The notes under the pieces: generated by a model
What the model was told of the DNA's origin: nothing
Seen by the model: only the letters and a program-made list of their open reading frames with translations
Databases searched by the model: none
Position numbers and translations under genes: made by a program
In this document: in pieces, positions 31,501 through 39,526 of the stretch
Layout: every line of letters begins with the position of its first letter
Numbering within the stretch: the stretch's first letter is position 1
From: Kofleriaceae bacterium
Lineage (GTDB): Bacteria; Myxococcota_A; Polyangia; Haliangiales; Haliangiaceae
Assembly: GCA_965215005.1 (NCBI GenBank)
Contig: CBDCCZ010000003.1
Location: forward strand, 32,001 to 96,000
Direction: 5' to 3'
Length of the DNA stretch: 64,000 nt

Positions 31501-31773
31501 TACCGGATCATCAACAACCAGTACAACAAGTGCCTCGATGTGGCCGGTGCGGGTACCCACAACGGTGCCAACGTTATCACCTGGAGTTGCCACAACGGCG
31601 CCAATCAGCGCTTCCGACTCCTCTCGCGCGGCGGCAGCGACTATGCGCTCCAGAACGTTCATAGCGGTCGGTGTGTAGAAGTTGGCGGTTACCGTCATGA
31701 AGACAACGCCAACATGAACCAGTGGGACTGTCATTACGGTCCGAACCAGATCTGGCGGTTGTTTCGCCAGTAG
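28588..31773 (+). CDS. Lipoprotein with a long amphipathic beta-sheet domain (LLTP C-terminal-sheet-like) and a C-terminal ricin-B lectin domain
   Basis: Lipobox ALSAC; two TCGEGTVE repeats; beta-rich region ~30421-31320; ricin QxW repeats (KCLDVAG, NQRFRL, NQIWRL). Confidence 0.8.
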   Translation: MSRFKHSWMFSAFIALSACGGDSTDTSADGPTCGEGTVERDGMCVAVGEPDPGSTCGEGTVEVEGECVAASDSPPAVSGFTVTQLSLTAKGRPINGGEGDPVLAVDHPVEVTVGIRYEGDAMELPLVMALGEAAGSGDGTGLCLLGGLAVDHPGTGEVVATGRFVLSETCLADNQEGDTAGAAVSSRTMLPVLFVDPDDTLGIVGDVPKGVIFSAERLADAQVAFQAQAEAIANGEQPMALDPEHVSLLACHRSGHPDGSCGVELAVEESDGIDFELTAMALESSVLVLNRCFASQAELNAYAADPARGETLPTGYICNRSIVRGFDDEGNPLPKGNEKDFTYGAADVDVDVTVTSFGLDDSIIESADELMALGTETDDGFQLNVAPEDISNNALGADGSYTIQYFLRPVSAPLQTAQDASLAAAIERLGGLDTLEGNGTLARLYLHAEGEQAKAGDEATVGGQAQASLEETLSIPQVPTEYSHGLYVENDCGRFNDPTRRPGDYNPEVPACNPAINPRDALLYGAMRDANDFVVLACVTGTIDAALPGSDDLDNNCVEQPLRVLRAETRRSSWAAAYPEATPAENPYRDDPDAAAPGRTRDELFAAGDADGYAANYDWNQRFGNNEIGLDLHAHSRNGVSLQGAGSDNEAKLSLSSNTFSFSLELVRMWAQADARSIVIGSFYDFGLSFFGAKLWGERQEVPEYHREWDWNVTKEWGKSKSIFVKIAWVDVGVKVAGQSGVRLNLDIIGRELEDCSSPECNALRQLYSEQGTDTVGEASITLTPYGNINANIFAAVSIQVARAGAAGDLTIANLELPARGALTFGLVGSIQDLQNARLQLAAFANLQLNSQFLNGRLYLFAENRSIHWCSSWGIPYPCGLSWNKFWDQTIASWNGWSYNQVLWASPTFHAALTRNGVEGGRIDHFAGNYQLRALHSNKCMDSYSDGNTKQWGCVGAPHHVWRFEDMGDGSYRIINNQYNKCLDVAGAGTHNGANVITWSCHNGANQRFRLLSRGGSDYALQNVHSGRCVEVGGYRHEDNANMNQWDCHYGPNQIWRLFRQ

Positions 31774-31904
31774 CTCGGCCGTGACTCGTTAGACGATGTC
31801 CCGGGTGCGGCATGTGCCCGGGCATCGGTGCTCATCAGAGGGCCGCTCGGATGTTCTGTCCGAGCGGCCCTTCCGTATTTTTAGCGCCGATCCAAGGAGA
31901 CTCC

Positions 31905-33680
31905 GTGAACTTGCGCAACGGCCCGGCGTTTCCATCCAACGCCGCAATCGTCACCTCAGTCGCCCGCGCTGGAGCCCGCGTCGCTGGGCTCGCGTTCTTG
32001 TCCCTTGTCGCGTGCGCGGAGGAGACGGCGATTCCTATCGAAGACGTCGGTGATGCCCCGGCTGGCGTGATGCTGGCTCCGCTCCAGCGCCGCGACGCGG
32101 TAGCGGCCGAGTGGCAGTTCCGCGACGGCAGCGCCGCAGCTGGGGCCGCGGTTGCGCATATGCCGGCGGCGCCGGCCACACCGATCGTGCGCGCGGTGCT
32201 CGCGGGCGTCGCGGCCGGCGACATCGACGACGACGGCGACCTCGATATCTTCGCCATTGGCGGCTCGGCGCCCGATCAGCTGCTCCTCAACCGGGGCGAT
32301 GGCACCTTCGAAGCCATCGACGCCAGCGAGCGCGGCATTGCGCCTGCGGAGCCGCACCCGGCATATGGCAGCGCCAGCGGCGCGCCGCTCCTGGCCGATC
32401 TGGATGGCGACGGCACGCTCGATCTATTCGTGGGCGGCAGCAGCCACGAAAGCGACGCCCTGCTCGCCGGCCGCGTCTATCTCGGCCGCGGCGACGGCAC
32501 GTTTGTGCAAGCCGAAAGCGGCATCGCGCCCGAGCTACGCGCGCCGACCCTGTCGGTCTCCGCCGCCGACTACGATCTCGATGGCGATCTCGATTTGCTC
32601 ACTAGCCACTGGACCGCGCAAAATGGCGTGCAGCTTTGGCAGAACTCGCGCGGCAATTTCGTGGCGGCGCGGCAGCGTGCCGGGCTCGATCGAGAATGGG
32701 CCGGAGCCCTCAGCGGCGCCCTGTCGGCCAACTTCGTCGATCTGGGCGACGACGGCTTCCCCGAGCTGTTGGCGGCGATCGACTTCCGCGAGAGCGTCTC
32801 GTACGCGAATGACGCCGGCCAGCTCAGTTTCATCGCCGAGAACTATCTCGACGACTTCAACGGCATGGGCAGCGCCTTCGGCGACTTCGACGGCGACTTG
32901 CGCATCGACTGGTTCGTCAGCGCCATCGATGAGCAGGATGCCTGCACGGCCTGTCCCATCCAAGGCACCGGCAATCGCCTGTATCGCAATCTCGGCGGTG
33001 ACCGTTTGATGGACATGAGCCAGGCCAGCCCGGTTCGCAGCGGCGACTGGGGCTGGGCGGCCTGCGCCGCGGATCTCGATCTCGACGGCGATCTCGACTT
33101 GGTGCACACCAACGGCATGATCGCCTACGACAGCACCACTGCTGAGCGGGTGGCACCGTTTGCCCAGGATGCGTTGCGCGTGTTTCTCAATGACGGCGCC
33201 GGCGGGTTCGTCCGCCGCGACGTCGAGCTCGGCATCGATGATCGCGATCAGGGACGCGGGCTTTTGTGCGCGGACTTCGATCGCGATGGCGACCTCGACG
33301 TATTCGTCCACAATCACGGGCAGCCGAGCCGCTTCTGGCGGAACGAGCTGAGCAGCGGCCACGCCGTCACAATCGAGCTGCGCGATGACGATCCCAACAC
33401 GCGGGCGATCGGCGCGCGTATCTGGCTCCGCACCGGCGACCGATGGCAGGTCGGCGACGTCACCGCCTCCACCAACTACGCCAGCCAAGGCCCCGCCGAG
33501 GTGCACTTCGGGGTCGGCGCGGCAGCGCGCATCGACGAGCTCTGGATCCGCTGGCCCGACGTCGAGCGCTCGGTCACCGCACTTCATAACCTACCGGTCG
33601 ATCAACTCGTGCACGTCGATGGAGCCGTCGTATCGCGCATAGCGGGCGGCAAGGTGCCCGATGCCGCCGCGCGCGAGTAG
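31905..33680 (+). CDS. CRTAC1-family lipoprotein (FG-GAP repeats plus ASPIC/UnbV domain)
   Basis: AAGGAGA RBS before GTG 31905; lipobox LVAC; GDIDDDGDLD repeats; NTRAIGARI...YASQ...VHFGVG...IRWP. Confidence 0.9.
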   Translation: MNLRNGPAFPSNAAIVTSVARAGARVAGLAFLSLVACAEETAIPIEDVGDAPAGVMLAPLQRRDAVAAEWQFRDGSAAAGAAVAHMPAAPATPIVRAVLAGVAAGDIDDDGDLDIFAIGGSAPDQLLLNRGDGTFEAIDASERGIAPAEPHPAYGSASGAPLLADLDGDGTLDLFVGGSSHESDALLAGRVYLGRGDGTFVQAESGIAPELRAPTLSVSAADYDLDGDLDLLTSHWTAQNGVQLWQNSRGNFVAARQRAGLDREWAGALSGALSANFVDLGDDGFPELLAAIDFRESVSYANDAGQLSFIAENYLDDFNGMGSAFGDFDGDLRIDWFVSAIDEQDACTACPIQGTGNRLYRNLGGDRLMDMSQASPVRSGDWGWAACAADLDLDGDLDLVHTNGMIAYDSTTAERVAPFAQDALRVFLNDGAGGFVRRDVELGIDDRDQGRGLLCADFDRDGDLDVFVHNHGQPSRFWRNELSSGHAVTIELRDDDPNTRAIGARIWLRTGDRWQVGDVTASTNYASQGPAEVHFGVGAAARIDELWIRWPDVERSVTALHNLPVDQLVHVDGAVVSRIAGGKVPDAAARE

Positions 33681-33724
33681 GCCGCTGTCGTACCAGAGGA
33701 ACGCCCGCGCCGAGGGCGATCGCG

Positions 33725-34972
33725 ATGCGCGATTCCATCTATGATCATCGGATGGGGGCGCAGCGAACCAACCGTGCGCGCTGCAGCGGCGCGCATACTC
33801 AATCGATCGCGTTACTGGTGTGCGCAGCGGCGGCTTGTCACGGCAGCGACGCCGCCACGCCGCTCGCCGACGCGGGCCTGCCCGATGCGCTTGCACCGGT
33901 AGACGCGACCGGCGATGACGACGCGGCAACAGAGGCTTGCAGCGATGCATGGCAGCGCGCTGCCGAGGTCACGCTCGATGCGACCGGCCGCAGCGACGTG
34001 GTGGAGATTTCCTTGCCACGACCAGTCACCGCTGTGCAGCTTCGGCTAACAGCCATCGGCGCTAACTCATCAAAAGCCTGCTACGGCATCGAAGAGGTTT
34101 GGATCGATGGTGTCGAATATGTGGGCGCCGGAGCCGATGGCGCGCAAGACGTTTGCATCGACTGCACGCAGCCGGTCCGTTTGCATCCCGAGGCAGGGTA
34201 TTTCGTGCTGCCGAGCGGCGATCCGATCCCGCCGTTTTCACTCGTGCGGCTGCGTGTTGCCCTCCGCGAATGCGACACTCTGCTGCGTCCCTCGGCCTCG
34301 TTTCCGCTACCAGCGCCGAACCAGGTGCGTATCGAGTACGCTGCCCTCCATGAGCCCGCCACCGACGCAACGCTCTTGCTCGAGGTGGTTCCGATCGTCA
34401 CCGCGCGCGCGCTCCTCGAGTTAACGCCGAGTGAGCGCGCCGCCTGGCTCGATACCGTGCAGAAGACAGTGGACGAGGTGTTTGCAAACGCGCGGATCGA
34501 GCTCGCGTGGCAGCCCGCGGTCTTCGGTGCCAGCAGCGAACGTCTGGCGTGGGCCCCGACCGAACGCGCGGCGCTTACCGCACCTTTGGCTGTGTTACCG
34601 GCCCAGTCGCGCACCGTGCCTATCGTGTTCGCGCCGTGCCTCGAGCGCGCCACTCTCACCGGAGTAGCCCGCCCCGAAGGCTTCGCGCCCCATGTGCCTG
34701 GATCTTGTTCCGCGGCGTCAGCGGCGGTTTACGTCGCCAGCCAGCGCTGCGGCGGCGGCCTGAGCTCCCCCGAGCTTGCCGGCGTCGTAACGGCTCATGA
34801 GCTGGGCCACTACCTCGGACTGCTGCACGTCGATGAGTCCACACCGTTTCCGACCGACCGCGAGCCGCGCGCGCCAAACCTCATGTCTGCTACCGCCTCC
34901 GGCCAAACCACGCTCACAGACGATCAAATCGCTGCGCTGCGACGGCATCCGCTACTGCGCGAAGAGCCGTAG
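33725..34972 (+). CDS. Zinc metalloprotease lipoprotein (metzincin)
   Basis: HELGHYLGLLH and Met-turn NLM; lipobox-like AAAC; start uncertain. Confidence 0.82.
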   Translation: MRDSIYDHRMGAQRTNRARCSGAHTQSIALLVCAAAACHGSDAATPLADAGLPDALAPVDATGDDDAATEACSDAWQRAAEVTLDATGRSDVVEISLPRPVTAVQLRLTAIGANSSKACYGIEEVWIDGVEYVGAGADGAQDVCIDCTQPVRLHPEAGYFVLPSGDPIPPFSLVRLRVALRECDTLLRPSASFPLPAPNQVRIEYAALHEPATDATLLLEVVPIVTARALLELTPSERAAWLDTVQKTVDEVFANARIELAWQPAVFGASSERLAWAPTERAALTAPLAVLPAQSRTVPIVFAPCLERATLTGVARPEGFAPHVPGSCSAASAAVYVASQRCGGGLSSPELAGVVTAHELGHYLGLLHVDESTPFPTDREPRAPNLMSATASGQTTLTDDQIAALRRHPLLREEP

Positions 34973-34991
34973 GGCGATAGGGACTCGGTAG

Positions 34992-35024
34992 AAAAAAAGG
35001 CCCACCGAAGTCGGTGGGCCTTTT
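34992..35024. terminator. Bidirectional intrinsic terminator
   Basis: A7-GGCCCACCGA-AG-TCGGTGGGCC-T4 between convergent genes. Confidence 0.9.
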
Positions 35025-35042
35025 GCTAGCTATGAGTACACA

Positions 35043-36824
35043 CTAGAGTGTTTTCAGGTACTCGATGACAGCCATACGCTGGCCATCGGACAATTGCGTA
35101 CCCCAGTAGTGGCCGCCATTGCCGTTGCCAACCAAGGTGGTATCGAGAAGGACAGATTCGGCTTTCTTCTCGGTCGAGAAGCCAACCTTCACCGGGTCGA
35201 ACTTATGACTACCAACGTAGAACTGCTTGGTGCGCTGGTCGGGCGGCAAGAGAAGCTCGTAAAGCGACGGCACCGAGCCATTATGCAGGTACGGAGCGGT
35301 GAAGACGACGCCGTTGAGCGGACGAGCTTTGTAGGTCACGAGCTGCGCCGATGACGGCGTGAGCGACTCGCGGAAACCCAGGTATGCGAGCTTCTGCATC
35401 GTGTCGAGGCCGTTCTCGGCGAAGAACCGCTGGATGATGAGGCTGCCCGAGATGTTGAGCAGAGCGGCCGCCGGCGCCTTGCCCTCGGCGTTGATGAGGC
35501 CTTTGGCACGCACAATTGGCTCGAAGGGGCCGGGAAAAGCGGTTCGCATGGCGAATGAAACCGCCGCCGTCGGGTCGGTTCCCAGTAGCCCCTGGGGCGG
35601 AACTTCGCCATTTGGGCCCGGGAACAGCGGCGTGCTGAAGTCGACCTTGGCGAAGGTCAATCCAAACGCATTGGGTGCGGTGCGCGGTTGCGGGTCGAGC
35701 GTGTGACAGCTCGCGCACTCGCTTGCGTAGAGCTCCGCGCCCTGCGCGGCAAGGGTGACGTCGATTTCCCCAAGCAGCTCCTCGGGCCACGCCGGCGAGC
35801 GCAACGTCTTGAGCATCTCTTCGAGCGCACTGAGATTCTCGATATTGGCGCTCGACTCGACGATGAGACCATACGGATTCGTTAGATCGAGCTGATTCTC
35901 CGCAAACACGCCTGTGGCCTGGCCGACGTTGCGGCCAAGCGGACTGTGAACCGACGAGTTGTACTGAACCCACTCGAAGTCGGGCGTATCCCAAAGATGC
36001 GGGAACTGGGTTGGAGCCACCGCGGGAGTACAGTTGCGCGGGTCCTGAAACATCTCGCAAACGATCTCATTGCCGATGATGGTGAACGCATCCGTGCGGC
36101 TCGGCCCATGAGGAGAGAGGCCGCGGCTGCGCTCGATACGGGCCGCCCACCAGTCGCGAAGCGTCGTCATCTCGGCTACGAGAGCCTCGCGCGCAGCGGC
36201 GCCGGCTCCCGCATCCAGGATCTTGCCAGCAAATCGGTCAAGCTTCTTCGAATCGGCGAGCGTCGCAGCGAGTGAGCCGTGAATGGCCCGCTGCAGCTGC
36301 TCGAGGTCGGCCATCGATTGGCCGCCATCGATTCGAATCACGCGGCCTCCGTACTCGAGCTGGCCCGTGTGGCAGGTGGCGCAGGTGAGGCCGAGTGCGT
36401 CACCACGCACCACGTCGACGTCACGAGTCAAACCGATTGGCAGATGGTCGGGGTTGCTTGCAGCCGCTTCGGCTTCGGACACGAACCCCATTATTGCCAA
36501 GTTCTTCGGATCCCGAAGCGGATCCTTCTTATCTGCTTGCTCGAGGTGCAAGAACCACTTGTACGGCAGTAAACGCGAGCCCTGCGTGGTCTGGTAAAAC
36601 GCCGCTCGCGTGGCTGCGTCCCAGCCCTGCTCGAGGTAGGCCACGCCGTTGCCGCCCGGGCCGGCTGTCGTCGATGTGTCTACATCACCGGCACTGGCGT
36701 CTACGAAACAACCAGTTGCCGACAACGCGGCAGAGACCATTCCGGTCAATACAACTGGCCTGATAGTCAAACGTGCCACATGACTTACAGCTACCGATAT
36801 TGATGCTCGACGCTTTCGAACCAT
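35043..36824 (-). CDS. Di-heme cytochrome c lipoprotein, RoxA-like / cytochrome c peroxidase-like (paralog 1)
   Basis: CATCH and CASCH heme motifs, MauG-type PYLHNGSVP, C-terminal GNGNGGH, lipobox ATGC; GGAG RBS. Confidence 0.88.
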   Translation of the reverse strand: MVRKRRASISVAVSHVARLTIRPVVLTGMVSAALSATGCFVDASAGDVDTSTTAGPGGNGVAYLEQGWDAATRAAFYQTTQGSRLLPYKWFLHLEQADKKDPLRDPKNLAIMGFVSEAEAAASNPDHLPIGLTRDVDVVRGDALGLTCATCHTGQLEYGGRVIRIDGGQSMADLEQLQRAIHGSLAATLADSKKLDRFAGKILDAGAGAAAREALVAEMTTLRDWWAARIERSRGLSPHGPSRTDAFTIIGNEIVCEMFQDPRNCTPAVAPTQFPHLWDTPDFEWVQYNSSVHSPLGRNVGQATGVFAENQLDLTNPYGLIVESSANIENLSALEEMLKTLRSPAWPEELLGEIDVTLAAQGAELYASECASCHTLDPQPRTAPNAFGLTFAKVDFSTPLFPGPNGEVPPQGLLGTDPTAAVSFAMRTAFPGPFEPIVRAKGLINAEGKAPAAALLNISGSLIIQRFFAENGLDTMQKLAYLGFRESLTPSSAQLVTYKARPLNGVVFTAPYLHNGSVPSLYELLLPPDQRTKQFYVGSHKFDPVKVGFSTEKKAESVLLDTTLVGNGNGGHYWGTQLSDGQRMAVIEYLKTL

Positions 36825-36889
36825 TCAGGTGTCTCCCTATCAGCAACGCAGATTACGTCGCGTTTCGCGGGCGAGCCGCCCGTCTGTGC

Positions 36890-36919
36890 ACATTGCCGAG
36901 ACAACGACAGGTCCGTCAA
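36890..36919 (-). promoter_or_regulatory. Putative sigma70 promoter of cytochrome paralog 1
   Basis: TTGACG-N18-CAATGT on the minus strand, same architecture as upstream of paralog 2. Confidence 0.55.
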
Positions 36920-37234
36920 CGGAGACTTTGCCGGCAAGAGGTCCAGTCTAGGTGGAAATCTATTAGACGAGCGTAATTAGCCAGTTGGCGGAGCGCAGAT
37001 TCGCTGATGTCGCCCCACGTGTGAGCAATTATGCTCATCCCGAAGGTTAGTCACCCCACAGACGTTACGCGCGCCGCAATAACGCACTTCGTTTGTCGTA
37101 AGCAATGACACAAATCATCGCGAAGCAAGGGTACAGCAGGGCCGTTTGTGCCGGTAGGTGAGTGGTTGCCACAGCTCGGTACCGCGGTTGCGTCCCGAAG
37201 CCACAGGTTCTCTGTAACGGGCAATCCGTTCGCC

Positions 37235-37265
37235 AAAAAAAAAGCCGCCGGATTGCTCCGGCGGC
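37235..37265 (-). terminator. Intrinsic terminator of cytochrome paralog 2
   Basis: GCCGCCGGA/TCCGGCGGC stem followed by T9 on the minus strand, 30 nt after the stop. Confidence 0.9.
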
Positions 37266-37295
37266 CTCTTCGATCGAGTCGAAGGTGGGGAGAGA

Positions 37296-39089
37296 TTACA
37301 ACGTCTTCATGTACTCGATGACTGCCATGCGCTCGGCGTCGGAAAAGTCGGTACCCCAATAGTGGCCACCGTTGCCGTTGCCGACTTGGGTTGTATCGAA
37401 GAGCGCCGCGTTCTTCTTGTCTCTGGTGTCGAGACCGACGCGGACCGGGTCGAACTTCTTGCTACCAACGTAGAACTGCGCAGACCGCTGCTCGGGCGGC
37501 AGTAGCAGCTCGTACAGCGAGGGCACCGAGCCGTTGTGCAGGTAGGGAGCCGTGAAGACGGCGCCGTTCAGCGGTCGGGCCCTATAGGTGGTCAGCTGCA
37601 CCTGCGTCGGACGGAGCGGCTCGCGGAATCCGAGATACGCGATCTTCTCAGCGTCGGTGAGACCGTTCTCAGCAAAGAAGCGCTTGATGAGAAGCTGACC
37701 TGAGATGTTGATGAGCGCCGCTGCAGACGCCTTGCCATCCCCGCCGACGAGGCCCTGCGCTTGAGCAATGGCGGTAAACGGGCCTGGGAAGGCCTTGCGA
37801 GTCGCGAAGGAGACCGCGGCGGTCGGATCCGTGCCGAGGAGTCCCTGCGGAGAAACTTCGCCGTTCGGCCCCGGAAACAGCGGCGTGCTGAAGTTGGTCT
37901 TGGCGAAGGTCTTGCCGTACGCGTTGGGATCCGTGCGCGGCTGCGGGTCGAGCGTGTGGCAGCTGGCGCAGTTCTCCGCATACAGCGCCGCGCCCTGCGA
38001 GGCAAGCTGCTGATCGATGGCACCGAACAGCTCCTCGGGCCATGCCGGCGACTGAAGCGACTGCACCCAACCCTCGAGGGCGTCGAGGTTCTCGACGTTC
38101 GCGCTCGACTCGACGATCAAGCCGTAGGGATTGCTGAGGTCGAGCGTGTTCTGGGTGAACGTTCCGGTGGCCTGCCCCACGTTGCGGCCAATCGGGCTGT
38201 GCACCGAAGAATTGTACTGTACCCACTCGAAGTCGGACGTGTTCCAAAGGTAGGGGAACTGCGTCGGCGCAATGGCTGCTTGGCAGTTGCGCGGATCCTC
38301 GAAGAGAGCGCAAACGACTTCGTTGCCGATGATCGTGAACGCATCCGTACGACCGGGGCCATGAGGGCTCTGGCCGCGGCTGCGCTCTAGACGCGCCACC
38401 CACCAATCGCGCGCCTCATTAATCTCGACGAGAAGCTGGCTGCGCTCAGCGTTGCCGGCATTGCCCCCGAGGACGTTGTTTGCGAAGCGCTCGAACTTGC
38501 GACTGTCGTCCAACGTAGCCTGAAGAGACGCAAGAATGGCCTCTTGCAGTTGCTCGAGATCGGCAAGGCTCTGACCACCGTCAATGCGGACGGCGCGGCC
38601 CTTATACTCGAGCTCTCCGGTGTGGCAGCCCGCGCAGGTGAGGCCGATGTAATCGCCTCCGGCGAGATCGACGTCGCGCGCGAAGCCAACCGGTAAGCGG
38701 TCAGGGTTAGCCTCCGTGGCCTCGTCCTCGACTAGATAGCCCATCGCGCGGATGTTCTTTGGATCGCGCAATAGCTTTTTCTTATCGGCTTGCTCCAAGT
38801 GAAGAAACCACTTATAGGGGAGCATGCGCGAACCCTCAGACGTCTGATAGAACGCTGCTCGCGTTGCTGCGTCCCAGCCTTGCTCCAAATACACGACTTG
38901 CTTGCCGCCACGATCCCCTTTGGCAGCCGCGTTCTCCGTTAGAAAGCCGTCGTCCGAGGTGGACTCGGCCGCACAGCCCGTGAATGCGATGGCGGCCGCG
39001 GCCAGCCCAGAAACTGCGGCATGGCGCTTGAGACCACCCGCAAGGCCACCGACCGTGCGGGAGCCTACCACTCGACGCTCTTTGAACAT
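37296..39089 (-). CDS. Di-heme cytochrome c lipoprotein, RoxA-like / cytochrome c peroxidase-like (paralog 2)
   Basis: CAGCH, CASCH, PYLHNGSVP; lipobox FTGC; AAGGAGG RBS before ATG 39089; colinear with paralog 1. Confidence 0.88.
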   Translation of the reverse strand: MFKERRVVGSRTVGGLAGGLKRHAAVSGLAAAAIAFTGCAAESTSDDGFLTENAAAKGDRGGKQVVYLEQGWDAATRAAFYQTSEGSRMLPYKWFLHLEQADKKKLLRDPKNIRAMGYLVEDEATEANPDRLPVGFARDVDLAGGDYIGLTCAGCHTGELEYKGRAVRIDGGQSLADLEQLQEAILASLQATLDDSRKFERFANNVLGGNAGNAERSQLLVEINEARDWWVARLERSRGQSPHGPGRTDAFTIIGNEVVCALFEDPRNCQAAIAPTQFPYLWNTSDFEWVQYNSSVHSPIGRNVGQATGTFTQNTLDLSNPYGLIVESSANVENLDALEGWVQSLQSPAWPEELFGAIDQQLASQGAALYAENCASCHTLDPQPRTDPNAYGKTFAKTNFSTPLFPGPNGEVSPQGLLGTDPTAAVSFATRKAFPGPFTAIAQAQGLVGGDGKASAAALINISGQLLIKRFFAENGLTDAEKIAYLGFREPLRPTQVQLTTYRARPLNGAVFTAPYLHNGSVPSLYELLLPPEQRSAQFYVGSKKFDPVRVGLDTRDKKNAALFDTTQVGNGNGGHYWGTDFSDAERMAVIEYMKTL

Positions 39090-39156
39090 CCGAATCGCCT
39101 CCTTAGACAACAGCATCTCGTCGCCAATGGTTGTGCAACGTGCCGTCGCGAGGAGC

Positions 39157-39186
39157 ACAATGAGGGGTTCGGTCTAGTTTCGTCAA
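39157..39186 (-). promoter_or_regulatory. Putative sigma70 promoter of cytochrome paralog 2
   Basis: TTGACG-N18-CATTGT on the minus strand. Confidence 0.55.
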
Positions 39187-39383
39187 GACGGCTGCCTGTG
39201 TGGCCAGTACCGTGAATTCGAAGGGATCCTCGCAACCCCTCTGGATGCCTCATGGTTCACAGGTTCGTCACCATTATGATTTGTTTATTCCGGCCAAAAT
39301 CGCCATGCAAACATCGTAGTTGTGCTCACCTACGTCACAGTCACGCCTGCACGAGCCCGCAGCGTCGACTCAAGTGGACCCGA

Positions 39384-39526
39384 CGCCGCGGGATTCATGA
39401 CGCAGAAATCCGCCGCCCCGATGCGGGCAAGGGCGGCAGATTTCTGCTGCTCAGGCGCCCCCTTTGGCGTCTCCCCAAGAGATCGTTGTTTTTCTAGTGG
39501 TTCACGACTTCGCCGTGAACCACTAG
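39384..39526 (+). repeat. Structured dispersed repeat, copy 2
   Basis: Near-identical to 28311-28455; its terminal CTAG contains the TAG stop of the 39523..42912 gene. Confidence 0.85.

Noticed and set aside
37140..37230. GGGACGCAA on the minus strand as a c-di-GMP-I riboswitch
   Set aside because: Lacks the preceding GCAAA/GNRA hairpin and the following AAG...CTAA elements
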